From an uncultured Gemmatimonadales bacterium (GTDB lineage: Bacteria > Gemmatimonadota > Gemmatimonadetes > Gemmatimonadales > GWC2-71-9): a stretch of 64,000 nucleotides of DNA. Position 1 is the first letter of the stretch. Each line of letters begins with the position of its first letter. Below, piece after piece: positions 1-9,537 of this stretch. The notes under the pieces are model-generated. The model worked only from the letters and a program-made list of their open reading frames with translations, ran no database searches and was not told where the DNA came from. A program made the position numbers and the translations under genes. The stretch spans positions 416,001-480,000 of the forward strand of contig CAVSQW010000015.1 in assembly GCA_963730185.1 (NCBI GenBank), written 5' to 3'.

Positions 1-2
1 TG

Positions 3-629
3 ATCGAGTTCCAGCTCGATGGCGGCGGCTATGGCACCTTCGGCGACGATACCGACCCGAACGTGTCGGTGCCGACCGCTTCCAAGTCGGAGCGCGAGCG
101 GAACCTCGAGAAAGATCTCGAGCGCGCCAAGGAGCCGGCCGACAAGCGCAAGATCAAGGAGGAGCTCGACCGGCTTCGACACGAGCGCGAGCGGGAGAAC
201 GACCGGCTCAGGACCCAGGCCGAGAGCGCCCGCCAGCTCAAGGAGGCCAACATCCGCCAGCGCCGGCTGGAGGGTGGTTCCCGCTTCAACCTGCGCTACC
301 GGGGCGGCGTCCCCGACGGCGAGGCGACGCCCGACGCCGTGATGCGGGCGCTGGCCGAGTATCTCGACTTCTCGCCCGTGCTGGCGGCCCGGTCGGAGCG
401 CCCCGGCCTCTACGGTCAGGGCGACAAGGCCCCGGGCGACAAGAACCAGCTCCGCAAAGGGCTCCTGGCCGACGAGGTCGACGCGATCCTCGGCCGGCCC
501 GAGTCGATCAGCCGGCGCCAGGAGGGCTCGCTCACGGTAAGCACGTCGGTGTATCTGACCGCGGACAGCCGGATCGAGGCTGAGTTCGTGGAGGGGGTCC
601 TGATCCGGTTCGTGATTTCGTCGCGGTAG
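3..629 (+). CDS. Hypothetical protein, 5'-truncated by the window edge (coiled-coil segment plus small C-terminal domain)
   Basis: Frame is open from position 3 (IEFQLDGGGYGTFGDD...) to TAG at 627-629 with GC-rich third positions; charged helical stretch; no family recognised. Confidence 0.7.
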   Translation: MEFQLDGGGYGTFGDDTDPNVSVPTASKSERERNLEKDLERAKEPADKRKIKEELDRLRHERERENDRLRTQAESARQLKEANIRQRRLEGGSRFNLRYRGGVPDGEATPDAVMRALAEYLDFSPVLAARSERPGLYGQGDKAPGDKNQLRKGLLADEVDAILGRPESISRRQEGSLTVSTSVYLTADSRIEAEFVEGVLIRFVISSR

Positions 630-716
630 GGTCACGGCCCTCGCGTTTGATGCCGGGGCTCTTATAATTCGAGTTCAATCCCTCTGTACTCACTCGGAAT
701 TCGGGAGACAGCAGAC

Positions 717-1322
717 ATGGCCCACACGCTTCCCCCTCTCCCCTACGCGTACGACGCCCTCGAGCCGCACATCGACGAACAGACGATGCGGATCCACCAC
801 GACAAGCACCACGCCGGGTACGTCAACAACCTGAACAAAGCGATCGAGGGTAATGCCGACCTTGGCAAGCTCTCGGTCGAGCAGCTGATCGGGAACCTGA
901 ACGGGGTGCCGGACGCGATTCGCACCGCGGTCCGGAACAACGGCGGCGGCCACGCCAACCACACGCTGTTCTGGGAGCTGATGACGCCCGGCGGCGCCAA
1001 GGGTCCCGCGGGCGGGCTGGCCAAGGCCATCGACTCGGCCTTCGGCGGGCTGGACGGCTTCAAGGAGCAGTTCGCCAAGGCCGGGATGGGGCGGTTCGGC
1101 AGCGGCTGGGCCTGGCTGGTTCAGGCCAAGGACGGCAAGCTGGCGATCGAGAGCACGCCGAACCAGGATAGCCCGCTGATGGACGGCAAGCACCCGCTGA
1201 TGGGGTGCGACGTCTGGGAGCACGCCTACTATCTCAAGTACCAGAACCGCCGGGCCGACTATCTGGCCGCCTGGTGGAGCGTGGTCAACTGGACGGTGGT
1301 CGGTGGCCGGTTCAAGAGCTGA
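717..1322 (+). CDS. sodA: Mn/Fe superoxide dismutase
   Basis: [28 protein letters not shown] and DVWEHAYY motifs; GGGAG RBS; TATAAT at 663-668. Confidence 0.96.
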   Translation: MAHTLPPLPYAYDALEPHIDEQTMRIHHDKHHAGYVNNLNKAIEGNADLGKLSVEQLIGNLNGVPDAIRTAVRNNGGGHANHTLFWELMTPGGAKGPAGGLAKAIDSAFGGLDGFKEQFAKAGMGRFGSGWAWLVQAKDGKLAIESTPNQDSPLMDGKHPLMGCDVWEHAYYLKYQNRRADYLAAWWSVVNWTVVGGRFKS

Positions 1323-1332
1323 GTCGGCCGAG

Positions 1333-1791
1333 ATGCCGCTGCCCACGATCGGGACCGAAGCCCCGGACTTCACTCTGCCGTCGACCTCCGGTCAGGAGGT
1401 CAGCCTGTCGTCGCTCCGGGGTCGGAGCGTGCTGCTCGCGTTCTTCCCCCTGGCGTTCACCGGGACCTGCACGGCCGAGATGTGCGCCTTCTCCGACGAC
1501 TATGCCAGGTTCGAACAGGCCGGCGCGACGGTCCTTCCGATCAGCGTCGACTCGATTCCGACCCTCAAGGAGTTCAAGGCGAAGGAGAAGATGTCGGTCG
1601 ATCTCCTGAGCGACTTCAAGCGCGAGGTGTCCCGGCGCTATGGCACGCTGCTCGAGGACAAGTTCTTCAGCACCCGGGCCTACGTGCTGATCGACGGCCG
1701 GGGCGTGGTGCGCTGGACGCACCAGGAGGCCGAGCTGGGGCAGCGGCGGGAGAACGCCGAGCTGTTCGAGCAGATCGAGTCGCTGGGCTAG
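1333..1791 (+). CDS. Peroxiredoxin (AhpC/TSA family, AhpE-like)
   Basis: [19 protein letters not shown] (PxxxTxxC peroxidatic motif), LLSDF. Confidence 0.9.
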   Translation: MPLPTIGTEAPDFTLPSTSGQEVSLSSLRGRSVLLAFFPLAFTGTCTAEMCAFSDDYARFEQAGATVLPISVDSIPTLKEFKAKEKMSVDLLSDFKREVSRRYGTLLEDKFFSTRAYVLIDGRGVVRWTHQEAELGQRRENAELFEQIESLG

Positions 1792-1796
1792 CGCGT

Positions 1797-2345
1797 CTGG
1801 CCCGGGTCTCGCCCTACCTGAGCTCGCCCGAGCCGGCGCTCGATCGGGCGGTCGCCTGGGCCCTGGGGCGGGTGGGCGGGCACCTGCGGGTCGACCCGGC
1901 CCGGGCCGGGTCGGCCCGGTTCACGCCGCTCGACGTGGACTGGCTGTTGGACGACGCCCGCCGGTGGGAGCGGGTCCGGTCCAACGACCTCCTCGATCCG
2001 GACTTCTTTCTCAGCGAAGTCGTCGGCGGCCTGTTCGGCGCCCGCTTCGACGGCGCCGGCGGGCGGCTGGAGCTTCAGCCGGTGCCGCCCGACGGGTGGC
2101 GCGCCATGGCGCTCCGCCGGCTCCGGGTCCATCGGACCGTCCTCGACGTCGAGGTCCGGCCCCGGGCGGAGTGGATCACCGTCCGCCTGGCGATCGCCTT
2201 CGGACCGCCCCTCCCCGTGGAAGTGACCCTGCCGGACGACTACGACGTGGGCCGGGTGGCGGTGGACGAGATCCCGATGGAGGCGCCTCGGGCCCTCTTC
2301 ACCGCCGCCGCGGAACACGAGGTGGTGCTCTTCCTCCGCGCCTGA
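1797..2345 (+). CDS. Hypothetical protein resembling the C-terminal beta-sandwich of (alpha/alpha)6 glycoside hydrolases; start uncertain
   Basis: Fills the gap after the peroxiredoxin; GLFGARFDGAGGRLELQPVPPDGW segment; no clear ATG/GTG start. Confidence 0.5.
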   Translation: MARVSPYLSSPEPALDRAVAWALGRVGGHLRVDPARAGSARFTPLDVDWLLDDARRWERVRSNDLLDPDFFLSEVVGGLFGARFDGAGGRLELQPVPPDGWRAMALRRLRVHRTVLDVEVRPRAEWITVRLAIAFGPPLPVEVTLPDDYDVGRVAVDEIPMEAPRALFTAAAEHEVVLFLRA

Positions 2346-2431
2346 GCGCCGGCCGGCCGGCCCGGTGCCCCCATCGTTCGCCTTCCTCGCAGGGTCGGCT
2401 AAACTTAAGGAACCTGGAAACGAGAGGCGGG

Positions 2432-3949
2432 ATGGCGACACGGCCGGCCGGCGTGGGGATCGAGCTGGTGGGGATCGTCGCCCGGACGCTGAACAGCGGC
2501 TCGGCGCCGGACGACACTCTGCTCGCCGTGGCGCGTCAGATCCACGAGGGCCTTGGCCTGGCGTCGGCCGCCATCTGGCGCCGGGATCCCAACGCCTCCA
2601 GCTTCTCGGCCGTGTCGTCCGGCGGCCCGCCCCGCGCGGCCGTGACGCTCGACGAGCTGCCCGCCGCTCAGCCCCGCGTCACCCGGCTGCCGTTGGTCCA
2701 CGCCGGGGTGCGGCAGGGCCTGCTGGAACTGGTGCCCGGGCCGGGCGCCGGCCCTCCGGACCAGGGCGTCGTGGTGGTGCTCCAGAACCTGCTCGCGCCC
2801 TTTCTCGACGCCACCGCGCTGGCCGAGGATCTCGCCCTCGAGGTGGCCAGCCGCTCGCGGGAGATTTCGGAACAGCGCCGGTTCACTGCGCTGGTGATCG
2901 ACAGTCTCCCGCTCGGCATCTACGTCGTGGACCGCGACTACCGAATCCAGTTCTGGAACCGGAAGCGTGAGACCGGGACCCAGGGACTGCGCCGCGCCGA
3001 GGTGGTAGGACGGCCCGTCTTTCAGGTGCTGACCCGCCAGCCGGCCGACCAGCTCAAGGCGGAGTTCGACCCGATCTTCGAGACCGGCGAGGTCCATCAG
3101 TCGGAGTCGGTGGTGGAGCACGGGGGCCAGCGCCGGATCTACCGGCTGAGCCGCCTGCCGATGCGGCTCGACGGCGAGGCCATCACCCACGTCATCACCA
3201 TCGGCGAGGACGTGACCGAGGCCCGCGGGGTGGAGCGCCAGGTGCTCCAGAACGAAAAGCTGGCCGCGGTCGGCCAGCTCGCCGCCGGCGTCATGCACGA
3301 GATCAACAACCCGCTCGCGACGATCGCGGCCTGCGTGGCCGCCATCGACACCCGGCTCGGCCAGGCCGCCAGCGAACCGGTGCAGGAGTACCTGGAAATC
3401 ATCGACAAGGAAGTGCAGCGCTGCACCAAGATCGTCGACGGGCTCCTGGAGTTCAGCCGGCCCCAGGTGTTGGGACGGCCAAGACCGCGCTCACCATCAA
3501 CGGCCTGGTCGACCGGACCATGTTCCTGCTCAAGCACCACAAGCGGTTCAAGCGGTTCGCGGTCCGGACCGATCTCGGCGAGCGGATGGCGGACGGTGCT
3601 GGGGAACGAAGAACAGCTGATCCAGGTGCTGATGGCGATCCTGCTGAACGCCGTCGACGCCATGGCCGGACGGTGGGGGGCTCACGGATCCGGAGCCGGA
3701 TGGGGACCGCCGGCGAGGCCGTCGTCGAGGTCGAGGACTCCGGCGCCGGGATTTCCCTCGAGGAGCATCCGAAAGATTTTCGAGCCGTTCTACACCACCA
3801 AGCGCCCGGGCCAGGGCACCGGGCTCGGCCTCGCGATCGCCTACGGGATCGTATCCGAGCACGGGGGACACATCGACGTCGACAGCGAGGTGGGGCGGGG
3901 AAGCCGCTTCCGGGTGGTGCTGCCCGTCTCGCCGACCGAGGCCCCATGA
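2432..3949 (+). CDS. PAS-domain sensor histidine kinase (NtrB-like), with apparent indels around 3470-3770
   Basis: PAS (IDSLPLGIYVVDRDYRIQFWN), H-box EKLAAVGQLAAGVMHEINNPL, QVLMAILLNAVDAM, KIFEPFYTTK, GTGLGL; part of the ATPase domain switches frame. Confidence 0.88.
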   Translation: MATRPAGVGIELVGIVARTLNSGSAPDDTLLAVARQIHEGLGLASAAIWRRDPNASSFSAVSSGGPPRAAVTLDELPAAQPRVTRLPLVHAGVRQGLLELVPGPGAGPPDQGVVVVLQNLLAPFLDATALAEDLALEVASRSREISEQRRFTALVIDSLPLGIYVVDRDYRIQFWNRKRETGTQGLRRAEVVGRPVFQVLTRQPADQLKAEFDPIFETGEVHQSESVVEHGGQRRIYRLSRLPMRLDGEAITHVITIGEDVTEARGVERQVLQNEKLAAVGQLAAGVMHEINNPLATIAACVAAIDTRLGQAASEPVQEYLEIIDKEVQRCTKIVDGLLEFSRPQVLGRPRPRSPSTAWSTGPCSCSSTTSGSSGSRSGPISASGWRTVLGNEEQLIQVLMAILLNAVDAMAGRWGAHGSGAGWGPPARPSSRSRTPAPGFPSRSIRKIFEPFYTTKRPGQGTGLGLAIAYGIVSEHGGHIDVDSEVGRGSRFRVVLPVSPTEAP

Positions 3950-4614
3950 AGATCCTCGTCGTGGAAGACGACCGCATCGTCGGTCAGTACGTCAAGCGCG
4001 GCCTCGAGGAGCAGCAGTTCCACGTCGACCTGGTCGACGACGGGCTGGAGGGACTCCGGCTGATCTCGGGCGGCAAGTACGATCTCGTGATCCTCGACCT
4101 TCGGCTCCCCGGGATGACCGGGTTCGAGGTGCTCCGGACGGTCCGTGACCGAGGGATCACCAGCCCGATCCTGGTGCTCACGGCCCAAGACGAAGTCGAC
4201 CACAAGGTCCAAGCGCTCCGCTCGGGCGCCGACGACTACGTCACCAAGCCGTTCGCGTTCGAGGAGCTCCTGGCCCGGGTCGAGGCCATCGGACGGCGCC
4301 CCCGCCAGCTCCGCTCGCCGACGCTCGCGGTTGGTGACCTCGAGCTCGACACCGCGGCCCGCGAGGTCCACCGGGGCGGCAAGCTGCTGGAGCTCACCCC
4401 CAAGGAGTACACCGTTCTCGAATACCTGATGCGGCATGCGGGACGGGTCATGTCCCGCACCCTGATCACCGAGTACGCCTGGGACTATCACTTCGATCCC
4501 GGCACCAACGTGGTCGACGTGGTGATCAACCGGCTCCGGAAGAAGATCGACGCCGGCCAGAGCCGGAAGCTGCTGCACACGGTCCGGGGGGTGGGCTACG
4601 TGATCAAGGCCTGA
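3946..4614 (+). CDS. OmpR/CusR-family response regulator
   Basis: MKILVVEDD, LDLRLPG, GADDYVTKPF, winged helix LTPKEY...VDVVINRLRKK...TVRGVGY; ATGA overlap with the upstream kinase. Confidence 0.95.
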   Translation: MKILVVEDDRIVGQYVKRGLEEQQFHVDLVDDGLEGLRLISGGKYDLVILDLRLPGMTGFEVLRTVRDRGITSPILVLTAQDEVDHKVQALRSGADDYVTKPFAFEELLARVEAIGRRPRQLRSPTLAVGDLELDTAAREVHRGGKLLELTPKEYTVLEYLMRHAGRVMSRTLITEYAWDYHFDPGTNVVDVVINRLRKKIDAGQSRKLLHTVRGVGYVIKA

Positions 4615-4615
4615 C

Positions 4616-6052
4616 GTGCAGTCGATCCGGCGCCGACTCACCTTCGGCTACATCGGGGCGCTGGCCCTGACGATGGCGCTCTTCGGGGTGATCCTCTACC
4701 TCGACCGGCGTCAGGCCAGCGTTCGCGATCTCGACGGGCGGCTCGAGGTCGAGGCCGATCTCACCCTCCGCTACCTCCGCGACCTCCAGTCGCTCGGCCG
4801 GCTCGACCTGATCCTCAACACCACCGCGTCCTATTTCGAGAGCTTCCGGCATTACCTCGTCTTCCTCTCCACCGAGGGTCCGGTGGTCGTGTCGATCGAC
4901 CCCGCGGTGTCGCTGGACAGCGCGGCGGTGGAGCGGCTCAAGGAGCTGATCGTCGGGCCGCCGCCGCCGGACCGCCGGGTCGGGACCGCGACGATCATTC
5001 CGGGGGAGCTGACCGTGCGGTACGTGGTCTCGCCGGTGCGGCTGGGCGGGTCGCGGCTCCAGGCGGTCCTGATCGCCGCCAACCTCGACGAGGTCGCCTT
5101 CGGGCCCACGGCCCTCCTCCGCTCCATGCTGGTGATCGCCCCCGTGGTGCTCACGGTTTCGGTGCTGCTGGGCTACTCCCTGGCGGGCCCGAGCCTCCGC
5201 CCGCTCGAAACGATGGTGGACGAGCTGACCGCCATCACCGACGGCCGGAGCCTCCACCGCCGGCTCCCGGTGGAGCCGGGCGCGACCAACGAGGTGGCTC
5301 GGCTAGTCCAAGCGGTCAACGGCATGTTCGCCCGGCTGGAGCAGAGCTTCGTGGCTCAGCAGCGGTTCGTGGCCGACGCGAGCCACGAGCTCAAGACGCC
5401 CCTGATGGTGCTCCGGGCCGGGGTCGAGCGGGCCCTGACCGACCCCAGCGCGCCGGCCGAGAGCTACCAGGCCCTCGACGAGTCGCTCCAGGAAGTGAAT
5501 CGGATGGCGGAGCTGGTCGACAACCTCCTCACCCTGGCCCGGGCCGACGAGGGCCGGGCCCCGATCGCGGTGGCCCCGAACGACCTCCGGGAGCTGGTGA
5601 ACGAGGCGGTCGAGACCACCCAGCTGCTGGCCGAGGCCACGGGGCTCAGCGTGGTGACCCAGATTCCGAGCGATCCGGTCGTGTTGCCGGTCGACCCCAC
5701 CCGAATCCGGCAGCTCCTGCTCAACCTGATCACCAACGCCGTGAAATACACGCCAGCCGGCGGCGAGGTGAGCCTGGGGCTGGCCGATCAGGGTGACACG
5801 GTGCAGCTGGTGGTTCGGGACACCGGGATCGGGATCGCGGCGGGCGATCTCCCTCACATTTTCGACCGCTTCTGGCGGGCGGATCCCGCCCGGTCCCGCG
5901 ATCTGGAGCGGAGCGGCACCGGGCTCGGCCTCGCGATCACCAAGTGGATCGCGGAGGCGCACGGAGGGTCGATCACGGTCCAAAGCCGCCCTGGCCGAGG
6001 GACGATTTTTACCGTATCATTGCCGCGCGCCACTCGCGACGCGGTCGGCTAG
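4616..6052 (+). CDS. Membrane sensor histidine kinase (HAMP, CusS/BaeS-like)
   Basis: Two TM segments, HAMP, FVADASHELKTPL, NLITNAVKYT, DTGIGI, GTGLGL. Confidence 0.95.
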   Translation: MQSIRRRLTFGYIGALALTMALFGVILYLDRRQASVRDLDGRLEVEADLTLRYLRDLQSLGRLDLILNTTASYFESFRHYLVFLSTEGPVVVSIDPAVSLDSAAVERLKELIVGPPPPDRRVGTATIIPGELTVRYVVSPVRLGGSRLQAVLIAANLDEVAFGPTALLRSMLVIAPVVLTVSVLLGYSLAGPSLRPLETMVDELTAITDGRSLHRRLPVEPGATNEVARLVQAVNGMFARLEQSFVAQQRFVADASHELKTPLMVLRAGVERALTDPSAPAESYQALDESLQEVNRMAELVDNLLTLARADEGRAPIAVAPNDLRELVNEAVETTQLLAEATGLSVVTQIPSDPVVLPVDPTRIRQLLLNLITNAVKYTPAGGEVSLGLADQGDTVQLVVRDTGIGIAAGDLPHIFDRFWRADPARSRDLERSGTGLGLAITKWIAEAHGGSITVQSRPGRGTIFTVSLPRATRDAVG

Positions 6053-6168
6053 TTCGAGACGCGGTGATCTAATCGTCCTGTAATTGTTTTGTCATGTGGT
6101 GGTCAGGCGGGTGTCACGCCAGGCTGCTTCATTACGCGTGGGTCCGTTGACTCCTCTGGAGGCGTTGC

Positions 6169-6875
6169 ATGTTCGAAAACCTCATCGAGTCCCAGCCCAG
6201 GCGCTTCAAGTCCTTCGGCAACACGGGCTTTTCGTTGGTGCTGCATTTGTTGCTGGCCTATGCCGCCATCAAGGCGACGTCGGGCGCGGCCGAGACGCTG
6301 AAGGCGATCATGCAGGATACGACGGCATGTTCATCCTGAAAGCGCCTGAGCCCCCCCCGCCGCCTCCACCCGACCACGCCGCCGCCCGACGCGGTCGTGA
6401 CCGCCAATCCGCCGCCGCAGGGCTTCCAGACGGTGATGCCCCCGACGGAGATCCCGAAGGACATTCCGCCGGTCGACCTGAACGAGCGGTTCGACGCGAA
6501 GGACTTCAGCGGCAAGGGCGTCGAGGGCGGCATCGCCACCGGGGTGGTGGGCGGGACCGGTCCGGTGTCCACCACCGAGACCTTCACGGACGCCGAGGTG
6601 GATGATCCGGTCCGCCCGCTCACATTCCGAGGCCGCGCTACCCGCCCGTGCTCCAGCAGGCCGGCATCGCCGGCAGCGTCGACGTGCAGTACGTGGTCGA
6701 CACACTCGGCCGGGCCGAGCCGCCTTCGTGGAAGGTGATTCGGAGCACGAACAAAGCGTTCGAGGACCCGGCCCGCGAAGCGATCATGGCAGGCAAGTTC
6801 AAGCCCGCCCGGATTCGCGGCCAGGCCGTCCGCCAGCTGGTCCAGCAGCGGATCTCGTTCACGATCGGGCGATAG
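6169..6875 (+). CDS. TonB-family energy transducer (frameshifted)
   Basis: GGAGG RBS then MFENLIES..SLVLH (SxxxH TM motif), Pro-rich linker, C-terminal domain YPPVLQQAGIAGSVDVQYVVDTLGR..FKPA; split over frames. Confidence 0.8.
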
Positions 6876-6945
6876 CGTCCGGCCCGCCGGACGTCGGGAC
6901 TTAAACGAGCGACACCACCTTATCTACTCGAAGGAGTCGTGACCG

Positions 6946-7695
6946 ATGGGCATTGATATTCTGACCCTCTACGAGCACGCCAACACGTTCGCTCGCGCGA
7001 TCGTGTGGATCCTGTTGTTCATGTCGTTCTTCTCGCTCACGGTCGCGATCGGCAAGGCCATCAAGGTGTTCAAGAGCACCTCGGCGACCCGCAAGTTCGC
7101 CCCCCAGTTCTCCCGGGCCATTCAGGAAGAGCAGCTCGATCAGGCGATCGCGCTCGCCGAGAAGAACCAGAACGAGCCACGTCGCCAGGGTGCTCGGCGG
7201 CGCGCTGACCGAGGTCAAGCCGCTGCTCCGTGACCGGGCCACCATCACCGCCGCCGACATCAACTCGGCCGAGCGGGCGGTGGAGCGGCAGATGCTGATC
7301 ACCCTCTCCGACTTCAAGCGCGGGCTCGGCATCCTGGCCACGGTCGGCGCCACCGGCCCGTTCGTCGGATTGCTGGGCACCACGATGGGCATCGTGACGG
7401 CGTTCACCGGCCATGTCGGCCGGCGGCGCCTCGGGCGGTCTGGCCGGCATCGCGGGCGGTATCTCCGAAGCCCTGATCACCACGGCGCTGGGCCTCCTGG
7501 TCGCCATCCCGGCGGTGTGGTTCTACAACTACTTCACCACCAAGATCGAGTATCTCACGGTCGAGATGACGTACAGCTCCAAGGAGCTGATCGACTACCT
7601 GATCAAGAGCGTGGGCAGCGAGTTCGGGCGCTCGATCTTCACCAAGGAATTCCAGGCCCAGAAGGCGGTGAGCGGCAGTGGCCATATCACGGTTA
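6946..7695 (+). CDS. exbB: MotA/TolQ/ExbB proton channel protein (frameshifted; 3' end uncertain)
   Basis: AAGGAG RBS; LATVGATGPFVGLLGTTMGI and GISEALITTALGLLVAIPAV motifs over three frames. Confidence 0.85.
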
Positions 7696-8143
7696 AGCAG
7701 GCCGGCGCGACCGCCGTCAAAGCGGAGCCGAACGTCATTCCGATGATCGACATCATGCTGGTGCTCCTGATCATCTTCATGATCGTGACGCCGCTCATCG
7801 CGAATGGCTTTCAGGCGACGATGCCGCAGGGGGCAAGAACCTCGACAAGCGGCCCGAGGGCGACGACGAAATCGTCCTGGGCATCGACCAGAACGGCGCC
7901 TACTTCCTGAACGGCACGCCGATTCCGGCCGACGTGCTGCCGGATCAGCTCCGCGCCATCTACGCCGCGCGGACCAAGGACAAGATCATGTACTTCAGCG
8001 CCGACAAGGGGCTCAAGTACAGCAAGATCCAGGACGCCGTCGAGATCGCCCGCCAGGCCGGGGTCCGCGTGTTGTCGGCGATCACCGAGATCGAACAGAA
8101 GGGTGGTCTGTTCGGCGAAGACACCGAGCAAGTAGGAGGATAG
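7696..8143 (+). CDS. exbD: ExbD/TolR biopolymer transport protein 1 (frameshifted; start not resolved)
   Basis: EPNVIPMIDIMLVLLIIFMI; C-terminal ADKGLKYSKIQDAVEIARQAG. Confidence 0.8.
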
Positions 8144-8147
8144 CTCC

Positions 8148-8557
8148 ATGGCCATGTCAGTTGCCGGTGAGGCTGGTGGCGTCAACTCGGAAACCGAACG
8201 TGATGCCGATGATCGACATTCTGCTGGTGCTGCTGATCATCTTCATGATCTCGCAGCCGCTGGCCCGAATGGCGATCGACGTCCAGGTCCCGCCGGTGGA
8301 GACGTCGACCAACACCGGCGCCCTCGACCCAGATCGTGCTCGCGATTCTGGCGGACGGGAGTTACGAGATCAATGGGCAGCCGGTACCGCCTGGCCAGCT
8401 GGACACGCAGATCCACGCGATCTACGACAGCCGGCCGACCAAGCTGCTCTTCATGAAGTCCGACCCGGATCGGACCTACCAGGACCTGATCCAGGCCATG
8501 GACATCGTGCGAGGCGCCGGCGTCCAAGTCGTCGGCCTCACGCCCAAGGGCACCTGA
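8148..8557 (+). CDS. exbD: ExbD/TolR biopolymer transport protein 2 (frameshifted)
   Basis: GGAGG RBS; PNVMPMIDILLVLLIIFMI; YQDLIQAMDIVRGAG. Confidence 0.82.
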
Positions 8558-8580
8558 GCCGAGGCTCGGGCACCACGAGA

Positions 8581-8617
8581 GCGAAGGGCCGGGATTCATC
8601 CCGGCCCTTTCGCTTTT
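8581..8617 (+). terminator. Intrinsic terminator after the exb cluster
   Basis: Stem AAGGGCCGGGA / loop TTCA / TCCCGGCCCTT followed by a T-rich tail. Confidence 0.75.
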
Positions 8618-8670
8618 CCACTCCTCAGGGCGAATCTTTCAGGTGACCTGGCCCGTTTCCTTCTGATACG

Positions 8671-9462
8671 ATGTCGTCTGCCGCCCGCCGCCCGCCGCCC
8701 GCCGCCATCGGCCGTGGTCTGCCCCGCTCTCGCCGTTCGGCCGCCGGGGCGGTGCTCGCGCTGCTCTTCCACCTGGCCCTCGGTGCCTTGATCCTCTGGT
8801 ACGCCCCGTTTCAGCACTACGACTTCGAGGCGCCCTCGGGCGGGGCGGGACACTCGGCGCCTGGCGGTGGCGGTGGCGGTGGGGGCCGCGAGGTCCAGAT
8901 GGTGATGCTGGCCCAGGCTCCCGCGCCGCCCCCGGTGCCCGTCCCCAAGGTGCAGCCCCCGCCGCCTCCGGTCGTGGAGCCGGAGATTCCGGTCTCGACG
9001 CCCACCCCGATCCCGACCCCCGACACCTTGGTGGTGGCCGCCACCGGCGATTCGGCCGCCGGGATGACCACCAGCGGCCAGGGCACCGGCTCCGGGACCG
9101 GCAAGGGATCCGGGACCGGGACGGGGACCGGCTCCGGGTCAGGCTCGGGAAACGGATCGGGGCGGGGGGCCGGCAACGGTCCGGGGACCGGTGGCGGCGG
9201 GAAGGCCCGTCCGCCCGAGCCGAGACAGCTGATCCTGCCCCCGCCCGACGTGCCCGGGAGCCTGCGGGGTGTCACGATCGCGGTTACCTTCAACGTCGGC
9301 CCGGATGGACGGGTCGTGGACGTGAGCTTCGACCCTGAACCCGACGATCGGGGCTTCGCCCGAAAGCTCGAGGACGTCCTCCGGAGCTATCGCTTCCGCC
9401 CGGCGCGCGGCCCTGACGGGCTGCCCATCGCCGGAACGACCATCGTGAGCCTCACCTTCTAG
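8671..9462 (+). CDS. TonB-like protein with Pro-rich and Gly/Thr/Ser-rich linker
   Basis: N-terminal TM with ALLFH, poly-Pro, (GTGS)n linker, C-terminal VTFNVGPDGRV..YRFRPARGPDG. Confidence 0.7.
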   Translation: MSSAARRPPPAAIGRGLPRSRRSAAGAVLALLFHLALGALILWYAPFQHYDFEAPSGGAGHSAPGGGGGGGGREVQMVMLAQAPAPPPVPVPKVQPPPPPVVEPEIPVSTPTPIPTPDTLVVAATGDSAAGMTTSGQGTGSGTGKGSGTGTGTGSGSGSGNGSGRGAGNGPGTGGGGKARPPEPRQLILPPPDVPGSLRGVTIAVTFNVGPDGRVVDVSFDPEPDDRGFARKLEDVLRSYRFRPARGPDGLPIAGTTIVSLTF

Positions 9463-9537
9463 CAGCCCGACCGTCCCCGCGACGGTCCGTTCCGATCTGG
9501 GTCCTGGTCCACCCCTCACCGGAGACCGCCACCACCC

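Noticed and set aside
9070..9200. GC-rich repeats in the second TonB-like gene
   Set aside because: Explained by the Gly/Thr/Ser linker coding sequence
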